From NCBI RefSeq assembly GCF_000015225.1, contig NC_008698.1, forward strand, positions 1,680,001 through 1,712,000: a stretch of DNA of 32,000 nt. The letters are read 5' to 3'. Positions 24,565 through 31,009 of this stretch are shown here, piece after piece. The notes beneath the pieces are model-generated. The model ran no database searches. It was not told the origin of the DNA and was given only the letters and a program-made list of their open reading frames with translations. This DNA is from Thermofilum pendens Hrk 5 (GTDB lineage: Archaea; Thermoproteota; Thermoprotei; Thermofilales; Thermofilaceae). The position numbers were made by a program, and so were the translations under genes. How positions within the stretch are numbered: the stretch's first letter is position 1; every line of letters starts with the position of its first letter.

Positions 24565-24588
24565 TTAAATATTTCGTGATTTATCACG
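24565..24588 (+). promoter_or_regulatory. TATA-like TTAAATAT followed by the dyad CGTGAT-TT-ATCACG (candidate operator)
   Basis: TATA at 24565-24572. Dyad at 24575-24588, between the TATA and ATG 24606. GGTGAGG SD-like at 24594-24600. Confidence 0.5.
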
Positions 24589-24605
24589 TAAATCGGTGAG
24601 GCAGA

Positions 24606-24833
24606 ATGAGTTGGTGGGGTGGGTGGCCTGGTAGGGGTCCTTTCAGCTACCTGCCGCCCTGGCAGAGGCCTGGCTGGGTGTTCGGTAGGGGTGCTTGCTG
24701 GCGGCTAGCACCGTACACTTGGGCACGGTACCCGTGGACACCTTACTACCCAGCGCCTTACTACTGGGCGTACTACCCAAAGCCCTACTACCCAGCACCC
24801 TGGCAAGCTAGGTACTGGTTGCCCTGGTGGTGA
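24606..24833 (+). CDS. Trp/Tyr/Pro-rich small basic protein (75 aa), unknown function
   Basis: My count: 13 W, 12 Y, 15 P, 7 G, 6 R, 1 K, 0 D/E. Promoter and SD-like element upstream. Reiterated PYY(P/W)A units. Confidence 0.6.
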   Translation: MSWWGGWPGRGPFSYLPPWQRPGWVFGRGACWRLAPYTWARYPWTPYYPAPYYWAYYPKPYYPAPWQARYWLPWW

Positions 24834-24838
24834 TCCGC

Positions 24839-25111
24839 ATGGCTTTCGCTTGGAGGAGGTATTGGAGGGCTGGGTGGGGCGGCTGGGGTTACCCGCCGTA
24901 CTACGGCTATCCTCCGGCGATGCCTCCGTGGGCTCCTCCGATGTCCCCGGAGCAGGAGCTCAGGTACCTCGAGGACTACAGGCGGTGGCTGGAGGAGTAT
25001 AGGAAGAGCCTCGAAGAGGAGATAAAGGGAGTGGAAGAGGAATTGAAGGAGGTTGATTCGAGGATAGAGGAGCTTAGAAGAATGCTCGGCAGAGGAGCAA
25101 CGCCCCCGTAA
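24839..25111 (+). CDS. DUF5320-like small protein: aromatic/Gly/Pro-rich N-terminus plus C-terminal coiled coil
   Basis: MAFAWRRYWRAGWGGWGYPPYYGYPPAMPPWAPP, then SPEQELRYLEDYRRWLEEYRKSLEEEIKGVEEELKEVDSRIEELRRML. This architecture is characteristic of DUF5320, a frequent DUF134 neighbour (from memory). ATG is 5 nt after the upstream stop. Confidence 0.65.
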   Translation: MAFAWRRYWRAGWGGWGYPPYYGYPPAMPPWAPPMSPEQELRYLEDYRRWLEEYRKSLEEEIKGVEEELKEVDSRIEELRRMLGRGATPP

Positions 25112-25173
25112 AGGCTAGTTCTTTTTCCCGTTTAAGAGAGCGGCCCTGGTTATCTCGATTCGTTGAATTTATC

Positions 25174-25192
25174 ATTAATAATTTTTATTAAT
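25174..25192. promoter_or_regulatory. AT-only palindrome ATTAATAA-TTT-TTATTAAT, the promoter core of gap
   Basis: 19 consecutive A/T bases in a high-GC genome, 16-34 nt upstream of ATG 25208. Confidence 0.6.
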
Positions 25193-25207
25193 TACTTTGC
25201 CTCCCCC

Positions 25208-26284
25208 ATGCTCGTGCCGATAAGAGTACTTGTGAACGGTATCGGTACTATTGGCAAGAGGGTGGCGCACGCCGTCTCGCTACAGCCCGACATGGTGCTT
25301 GTAGGTGTATCGTCGCCGAGGCCTAGCCTCGGGGTTCTTAGTAGCTTGTCTCGGGGAGGGGTCCTCGAGGGTGTGCCTTTCTACGTGCGCGGCGCTAGTC
25401 CCTCGCTGTTCGAGGAGCGCGGAGTGAGGGTTGGCGGTGTTCTCGAGGACTTGCTTGGGAGTGGGAGGGTGGACGTCGTGGTGGACGCGGCGCCCGGGGG
25501 CGAGGGGCTGAGGAACAGGGACGAGCTTTACTCGAGGTACGGTGTTCGCGCGGTCTTCCAGGGTGGTGAGCCGGCGGCTGTCGCGGAGCTCACGTTTAGC
25601 CCCTTCTTCAACTACGGGGATGCTTTCGGCAGGAGGTACGTCAGGGTTCCGTCTTGCAATACTACCGGTATCCTGAGGGTTGTCAGCGCTCTTTCCTCGC
25701 TGGGAGAGCTGCGCGAGGTCTTCGTCGTCATAGCTAGGAGGGCTGCGGACCCAGCGGATAGGAAGGGAGCGCGCCTCAACGCTTTGAGCCTCGACGGAGG
25801 CGTCCCGTCGCACCACGCGTCGGACGTTAGGACTGTTCTCCCCTGGCTGAACGTGTTCACGGTGGCTGTGAAAGTTCCGACCACCCTCGCGCACCTCCAC
25901 GTTGCGCGCGTAAGGCTCGGCGGCAGGCTGTCGAGGGGCGACGTCATCGAGGCTCTGGAGTCGCACAGGAGGATAGTCGTCGCAGGAGGCGAGTTCGAGG
26001 CGACCCCGGATCTCCTGGAGTTCTTCCGGGACAGGAGGCTTAGGGGCGACATGTACGAGGTAGCCGTGCTAGAGGACTCTGTGCACGTAGACGGCGAGTA
26101 TGCGACGCTGTCGTACGTGGTTCACCAGGAAGCCGTGGTGATCCCCGAGAACATCGACGCTGTGAGGGCGATGTTTCTAGGCGGAGACCCGGAGGCCGGC
26201 ATGGAAGCCACTGATAGTTCTCTCGGCGTAACGAGGGGGCGCCTCGCTCCGCGCAGGGCGCTTGTTGCCGCACGACAGTCTTGA
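25208..26284 (+). CDS. gap: Glyceraldehyde-3-phosphate dehydrogenase, archaeal type II
   Basis: VNGIGTIGKRVAHAV, catalytic VPSCNTTGILRVVSAL, PSHHASDVRTVLP, VKVPTTLAHLH, VVHQEAVVIPENIDAVRAM. Start moved from 25163 to ATG 25208 because 25163-25207 is the AT-rich promoter. Confidence 0.8.
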   Translation: MLVPIRVLVNGIGTIGKRVAHAVSLQPDMVLVGVSSPRPSLGVLSSLSRGGVLEGVPFYVRGASPSLFEERGVRVGGVLEDLLGSGRVDVVVDAAPGGEGLRNRDELYSRYGVRAVFQGGEPAAVAELTFSPFFNYGDAFGRRYVRVPSCNTTGILRVVSALSSLGELREVFVVIARRAADPADRKGARLNALSLDGGVPSHHASDVRTVLPWLNVFTVAVKVPTTLAHLHVARVRLGGRLSRGDVIEALESHRRIVVAGGEFEATPDLLEFFRDRRLRGDMYEVAVLEDSVHVDGEYATLSYVVHQEAVVIPENIDAVRAMFLGGDPEAGMEATDSSLGVTRGRLAPRRALVAARQS

Positions 26285-26288
26285 GAGG

Positions 26289-26339
26289 TTTTTTCTCCCA
26301 GCTTGTTCTTAGCCTTTGTAAAGCGCATGTCTTTACAAA
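26289..26339 (+). terminator. Oligo-T tract (26289-26294) plus hairpin TTTGTAAAG-(7 nt)-CTTTACAAA (26315-26339) downstream of gap
   Basis: T6 lies 5 nt after the stop codon. 9-bp perfect stem read directly. Confidence 0.5.
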
Positions 26340-26345
26340 TGTTCT

Positions 26346-26361
26346 TAGAGAGCGCTCTCTA
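26346..26361. promoter_or_regulatory. Perfect 16-bp palindrome TAGAGAGCGCTCTCTA upstream of the GltD-like gene promoter
   Basis: Read directly. Flanked by the direct repeats TGTTCTTAG (26304-26312, 26340-26348) and TGTAAAG (26317-26323, 26362-26368). Confidence 0.5.
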
Positions 26362-26413
26362 TGTAAAGAGAAATACTAATGAGCCGGCTTTATACTTATA
26401 AACTTGAACCGAA

Positions 26414-27409
26414 ATGCCGATAAAGTTCCTTACGTGCAACCAACCGGCGCCAGAGACGGGGAAGAAGGTAGCGATCGTAGGGTCCGGCCCCGCTGGCCTA
26501 GCGGCGGCCTCCGTTCTGAGGTGCCTAGGCCACAAGGTGGACGTCTTCGACCGCCTACCGGAGCCCGGCGGCATGCTCATGTTCACTATCCCGGAGTTCC
26601 GCATCCCGAAGAAGGATGTACGAGAAAGTATAAAGGCGATAGCAGGTATAGGTGTGAGCTTCTATACGGATACCGAGGCGGGCAGGGACCTGAAGGTCGA
26701 GGAGCTCCTGGAGGACTACGACGCGGTTGTCATCTCCACGGGGACCTGGAAGGGGAGGTCTCTCGGGATTCCCGGGGAGAACAAGGGTAGAGTGTACAAC
26801 GCGCTCGACTGGATATACCACTTCATGTCCTACAAGCTCGGCTATGCTTCGAGCCCGCCTCCTCCTCTCGAGGGCAGGGTGGGAATAGTCGGGGCGGGGC
26901 TAACGGCCGTAGACGTAGCGGAGCTCGCGGTGCACGAGTACGGTGCGAAGCCCATCCTCCTGTACAGGAGGCCTATGAGCGTTGCACCAGCGAAGCACAT
27001 GCTTAAACACTTAGAGGAGCTGGGCGTACAGTTCATCGAGAACGTGGTCCCCGTAGAGGTCGTCGGGGGAGACTCTATCAGCGGGTTGAAGCTCGCCAGG
27101 GTGAAGCCTACGACGAGCCGAACAGCGGCGACCGAGGTCATACCGGGCTCCGAGTTCGTAATCGAGCTCGACTCCCTGGTAGCGGCGGTCGGGCTACAGC
27201 CTACGCCTCCCCCCGGCTTGCAGTCGCTCGGGGTCGAGCTCAACAGGGACGGGTCTATAAAGGTCGACGAGAACTTCATGACGAGCGTGAAGGGGCTCTT
27301 CGCGGCTGGAGACGTCGCGCACGGGCCGTCGAACATAGGGCTCGCCATGCGTAGCGGGAGGCTCGCGGCGCAGAAAGTCTCGGAGTGGCTTCTCAGAACC
27401 GGGAAGTAG
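26414..27409 (+). CDS. FAD/NAD(P)-dependent pyridine nucleotide-disulfide oxidoreductase, glutamate synthase small subunit (GltD)-like, without the N-terminal Fe-S domain
   Basis: KKVAIVGSGPAGLAAASVLRCLGHKVDVFDRLPEPGGMLMFTIPEFRIPK, second dinucleotide fold GRVGIVGAGLTAVDVA, C-terminal GLFAAGDVAHGPSNIGLAMRSG. Confidence 0.8.
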   Translation: MPIKFLTCNQPAPETGKKVAIVGSGPAGLAAASVLRCLGHKVDVFDRLPEPGGMLMFTIPEFRIPKKDVRESIKAIAGIGVSFYTDTEAGRDLKVEELLEDYDAVVISTGTWKGRSLGIPGENKGRVYNALDWIYHFMSYKLGYASSPPPPLEGRVGIVGAGLTAVDVAELAVHEYGAKPILLYRRPMSVAPAKHMLKHLEELGVQFIENVVPVEVVGGDSISGLKLARVKPTTSRTAATEVIPGSEFVIELDSLVAAVGLQPTPPPGLQSLGVELNRDGSIKVDENFMTSVKGLFAAGDVAHGPSNIGLAMRSGRLAAQKVSEWLLRTGK

Positions 27410-27424
27410 CGCGCGTAGCACGGG

Positions 27425-27430
27425 TTTTTT
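27425..27430 (+). terminator. Oligo-T tract downstream of the GltD-like gene
   Basis: T6 lies 16 nt after stop 27407-27409. Confidence 0.4.
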
Positions 27431-27463
27431 ACTCCGGCTCGGTGCTTTCTTGTTGGTGAGTAG

Positions 27464-27787
27464 ATGAACCTGAGCCCCAGGACGCGCCTAGAGCTGGCCT
27501 CCAGGCTGAGGGCTAGGGGCTTCCACGTTAGGCTACATGCCTACGAGCTCCTACTGGGCTTCCGCGGGAGGATCCTGGGCGTACTGCTCCTAGAACCCGG
27601 GTACGGGAAGGCTACCCTTTTCCTGTCCCCCGCCGCCGGGAGCTTGGGTGAACCGCTGGAAGCCCTGCGCGAAGAGCTGGGCAAGGTCTACCCTGATCTC
27701 GCGCTTGTCGTAGAGGGCGGCGAGCGCCGCGCCAATAGGGCGGCGACGCGGGATGCCTGGCTCCTGAACCAGGGGTCTAGCACGTAG
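27464..27787 (+). CDS. Hypothetical protein (107 aa)
   Basis: ATG preceded by GGTGAG. No motif recognised. The last ~100 nt overlap the convergent flippase gene, so the true 3' end is uncertain. Confidence 0.4.
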   Translation: MNLSPRTRLELASRLRARGFHVRLHAYELLLGFRGRILGVLLLEPGYGKATLFLSPAAGSLGEPLEALREELGKVYPDLALVVEGGERRANRAATRDAWLLNQGSST

Positions 27788-29163
27788 AGCGAGCCGAAGT
27801 AGGTTGCGCCCGCCAGGAGGAGCGCCAGGAAGGCTTCGCGTATCCTGTAGGGGTTCACCGCGAGCGCGACGAGAACCGCGGGTACAGACGCCGCGGAGTA
27901 CGCGAGAAGGGACCTTGCCACGGCCCCGAGCCTTGCGTGTCCGCGGATCCACCAGAGGAGGATTGCGAAGACAACGAGCTCCGCCGCTAGCCAGGACGCC
28001 TTCCCGAGTAGAGCCACGGCAAGCGGATCCCCGGAGAGGTAGACCGCCGCGACTACCCCGGGTAGCCCCACCGCGAGCTTCACGTAGCCGAGCGCGAAAA
28101 CCTTGAATATCCTGCTCCTGGCCACTTCCCTCAGGCCTTTCCCCTCCAGGTCTGCGCGCTCAACGCCCTGCAGGGCGTCCGAGAAAACACCGTTCACCGA
28201 GGCTACGATGGACGTGACGGCGGCCACCCTCAGGACGTTCGCCGCGGCGACGTAGTCCGGCCTGAGGAGGTAGAGGAGGTTGGGGGCCAGCGCCGCGACT
28301 CCCGCCGCGGCGGGGATTCCTACGAGCAGTACGAGCCTCAGCGACTCCTCTATTCTCTCCCTGTGGGCCGACGAGTCGTCCACTGAGAGAAGGGAGGGGT
28401 AGAGCCCCTTGGAGAGCACCCCGGAGTAGCCGACGAGGTTGGAGAAGGTGTTAACGACGGTGTAGTACGCGACTGAGAGGTTTCCTCTAACCGCGGATAT
28501 CAGGGGTACGTCCAGGCTGGAGAGCAACGTAGAGGGCTGCGCGGCGAAGTTGAAGGTTGACAGCGAGAGTACCCTCTTCGCGAGGGCGGCGCTCGGCCTG
28601 CGCACCAGGTCTCTCCTCGTGGAGACGGCGAGGAACGCTCCCTGCAGGATGTGCCCTGCCAGCACGGCTATAAGCGCGGATACCAGGCTCACCCCGCCGG
28701 AGAGGGCGAAGAGGACGGCGGCCACTGTTTTCCCCGTCTCGAACAGGAACTCCGAGACAGCCGCGCGCGCCGGGCTCACCGCGTAGAGGCTGGAGTAGAG
28801 GGCCCCGTTGACGTAGAGCACCGGTATGTAGAGGGTGGACACCAGCAGCGCGGAGCGGGCTACCCCGAACTCCCCGGAGAGGTACGGGAGCAGGACTAGG
28901 TACGCTCCACTCGACGCGAGCGCGAAGAGGAGCGATAAGGCGAGCCCGCTCACCGTTACCTCTACGACCCCCCTGGACCTGAGCCTCGTAACCCAGTAGT
29001 TTACCACTGTGGCTACCGTCGCGTAGGAGAGGAGCGTGGATATAACGCTCCACGCGCCGAACTCCTCCGGTGAAAGGCTCCTCGTAACTATGAGTACGAA
29101 GAGGAGCCCCGTAAGCGTGCTGTAAACCCTCTCCGCGTAGAAGAGGAGCCCCGTACTCTTCAA
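27688..29163 (-). CDS. Polysaccharide/oligosaccharide flippase, MOP (Wzx-like) superfamily (second copy in window)
   Basis: 491 aa multi-pass membrane protein. N-terminus LTGLLFVLIVTRSLSPEEFGAWSVISTLLSY is typical of the family. TTG start 12 nt after the Nudix stop. Confidence 0.75.
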   Translation of the reverse strand: MKSTGLLFYAERVYSTLTGLLFVLIVTRSLSPEEFGAWSVISTLLSYATVATVVNYWVTRLRSRGVVEVTVSGLALSLLFALASSGAYLVLLPYLSGEFGVARSALLVSTLYIPVLYVNGALYSSLYAVSPARAAVSEFLFETGKTVAAVLFALSGGVSLVSALIAVLAGHILQGAFLAVSTRRDLVRRPSAALAKRVLSLSTFNFAAQPSTLLSSLDVPLISAVRGNLSVAYYTVVNTFSNLVGYSGVLSKGLYPSLLSVDDSSAHRERIEESLRLVLLVGIPAAAGVAALAPNLLYLLRPDYVAAANVLRVAAVTSIVASVNGVFSDALQGVERADLEGKGLREVARSRIFKVFALGYVKLAVGLPGVVAAVYLSGDPLAVALLGKASWLAAELVVFAILLWWIRGHARLGAVARSLLAYSAASVPAVLVALAVNPYRIREAFLALLLAGATYFGSLYVLDPWFRSQASRVAALLARRSPPSTTSARSG

Positions 29164-29175
29164 GCCCAGAGCCCT

Positions 29176-29703
29176 TCACCTCGACCCGCCGAGGTAAAGG
29201 TGTATCGCCGCCACCGTTTTCAGGTCCAGGCTCTCGCGTCCAACCCTCGAGAGGTACTCCTCCGGTCTCATCACGACCACCGAGAGAACTTCGCCGGGCT
29301 CCGGGTGCGCCTTGGCGGCTACGAGTCTCTCCGCTACCACGACGTGAATTAACTCGTCGCTGTACCCAGGTGAAACGTAGAAAGAGCCCACCTCCCTCAG
29401 TGCGCCAGCCTTGAAGCCTGTCTCCTCTTCGAGCTCCCTCCCAGCGGCCTCCAAGACGCCCTCGCCCAGCTCGACGCGCCCGGCTGGAAGCTCTACTATC
29501 CAGCGGTTTATCGCAGGTCTCCACTGCCTGACGAAGACCAGGGCTCCGCCCTCCAGTACCGGCACGACTACGACGCTCTCGCCGAAAGCCACGTAGTCCT
29601 TCTCGACCTCGGCGTCCCCGGCCGAGACAACTCTCCTGTACAGCTTGACCCTCCTCCCCTCGCAGAGCAGTTCGTCCCTCAGCACGCGTGGCTCGCCCGT
29701 CAT
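29176..29703 (-). CDS. Nudix hydrolase (ADP-ribose pyrophosphatase-like)
   Basis: Nudix box GRVELGEGVLEAAGRELEEETGF (Gx5Ex7REUxEExGU). Confidence 0.9.
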   Translation of the reverse strand: MTGEPRVLRDELLCEGRRVKLYRRVVSAGDAEVEKDYVAFGESVVVVPVLEGGALVFVRQWRPAINRWIVELPAGRVELGEGVLEAAGRELEEETGFKAGALREVGSFYVSPGYSDELIHVVVAERLVAAKAHPEPGEVLSVVVMRPEEYLSRVGRESLDLKTVAAIHLYLGGSR

Positions 29704-29788
29704 AAGCTTCGGACCCCTTCTAGCTCTCCGCAGGTATTAAGGTTTCGTGTCGCGATAGGCTTATGGGCTGTAGAACGTAGATTGTAGC

Positions 29789-29989
29789 GTGGCTAAGAGC
29801 ATACGGCTGAGGGAGAGCACTTACAGGGCTCTCGTCAGGCTGAAGGAGAGGATGGGGGCTAGAAGCTTCGACGAAGTAGTGGCTAAGCTCGCCTACAAGG
29901 AGCTGGGGATACCGGAGGACCTCTTCGGCGCCGACCGCGGGAAGGTGGAGCCCTTCTCTCCTGAGGACAGGATGGAGGACAGGGCGTAG
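29789..29989 (+). CDS. vapB: VapB-type antitoxin (archaeal DUF217 / putative-antitoxin family)
   Basis: MAKSIRLRESTYRALVRLKERMGARSFDEVVAKL matches the family pattern K-x-I-x-h-x-x-x-x-Y-x-x-L-x-x-L-K...SF(S/D)(D/E)VI. GTG start. Confidence 0.7.
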   Translation: MAKSIRLRESTYRALVRLKERMGARSFDEVVAKLAYKELGIPEDLFGADRGKVEPFSPEDRMEDRA

Positions 29990-30169
29990 TGGTATACGAT
30001 TGCCCGGGTCGAGTACTTCCTCGGAACCGAGAAGGGAGGGTTAAGGGTAAGGGGGCTCCTCGCTCGGTATACATAGACCCCTCTCATCGCTGAATCAACG
30101 TGTACGCCAGGAAGGATAGCTTGTTCAAGGACTTGCCGGGAGTTCTCTGCATTGGCGACTAGGCATGCC
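29989..30169 (+). pseudogene. Probable decayed VapC (PIN-domain toxin) remnant
   Basis: GTG 29989 overlaps the vapB stop (TAGTG) and reads MVYD. The next expected PIN N-terminal stretch, IARVEYFLGTEKGGLRVRGLL, is in another frame and stops at 30074-30076. Only about 180 nt remain before the next gene. Confidence 0.3.
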
Positions 30170-30874
30170 TCAGTAGAGGGCCGGCAGGTAGGGGCCCAGG
30201 AGCCTTAGGGCGGCTAGGTACCGTGGAACGTAGAGCTTTTTCTTCCTCTTCTCGACAGCGTCCAGTATCTCTACCGCGACTCTCCGGGCGGGGTACCCTT
30301 TCTGCCTGCCGAGCCCAGCTCTCTCGTGGAAGCTCGTCTCCACGACTCCCGGGAAGACTTCGAGGAGGTTTACGCCCCTGTCTGACAGCTCCCTCCTGAG
30401 GGCCTCCGATGCGTAGTGCAGGGCGATTTTCGTGGCCCCGTAGAGCGGTAGCCTGGTCATGAGCACGTGTATACCCGCCGTTACAACGTTCACCACGGTG
30501 CCGCTCCTCTCCATGTAGGGTAGAAGTAGCTTGGTTAGGAGGAGCGGGGCTGCGAAGTTCACGTTTACCGTGTCGAGGATCTCCCTCGGCGTCATCTCGA
30601 GAATCCCCCTGCCGACCCCGTACCCCGCGTTGTTAACGAGCAGGCTGAGGCTACGGAACTCGCTGGAGACGAACTCTGCTACCCGCTCGGCGCTAGCCGG
30701 GTCCGAGAGGTCTAGGACGAGGTACGCGAAGCAGTCCGGGTGCTCGGAGGCTAGCTCCCTCAGTGCCGCCTCGTTCCGCCCGATCCCGAGGACCCTGTAA
30801 CCCCGCCTGCAGGCCTCTGCCGATAGCTCCCTGCCTATCCCGGAGGACGCGCCCGTTATTACTGCGCTGGCCAC
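30170..30874 (-). CDS. Short-chain dehydrogenase/reductase (SDR)
   Basis: VITGASSGIGRELS (TGxxxGxG), NNAG, catalytic YGATK (YxxxK). GTG start. TATA-like TTTTTTAAAG (minus) about 20-30 nt upstream. Confidence 0.9.
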   Translation of the reverse strand: MASAVITGASSGIGRELSAEACRRGYRVLGIGRNEAALRELASEHPDCFAYLVLDLSDPASAERVAEFVSSEFRSLSLLVNNAGYGVGRGILEMTPREILDTVNVNFAAPLLLTKLLLPYMERSGTVVNVVTAGIHVLMTRLPLYGATKIALHYASEALRRELSDRGVNLLEVFPGVVETSFHERAGLGRQKGYPARRVAVEILDAVEKRKKKLYVPRYLAALRLLGPYLPALY

Positions 30875-31009
30875 GGCTCTCTCGGGGCGGCCGTCTTTAA
30901 AAAAGGATTCGTTTACCTTATATCTCCGCGCGAACCTTTCTAAGCGCCCGGGTGACGAGGCACGTCGAGCCGAGCGTGCGTGAAGAGATTGGTCTTTGCT
31001 GACGGGCGC

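Noticed and set aside
20333-24833. The radical SAM enzyme plus the Trp/Tyr-rich peptide as a RiPP (cyclophane or darobactin-like) cluster.
   Set aside because: The genes are more than 3 kb apart, on opposite strands and separated by XPB-Bax1 and DUF134. The rSAM protein shows no C-terminal SPASM/twitch Cys cluster. The peptide has no leader/core organisation that I can see.
25163-25207. N-terminal extension of gap (track ORF starting MNLSLIIFINYFASP).
   Set aside because: The extension is encoded by the AT-only promoter palindrome. The conserved GAPDH N-terminus begins right after ATG 25208.
28487-29524. 345-aa minus ORF.
   Set aside because: Arg/Gly-rich off-frame translation that straddles the Nudix/flippase boundary. 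Both in-frame genes have clear family motifs.
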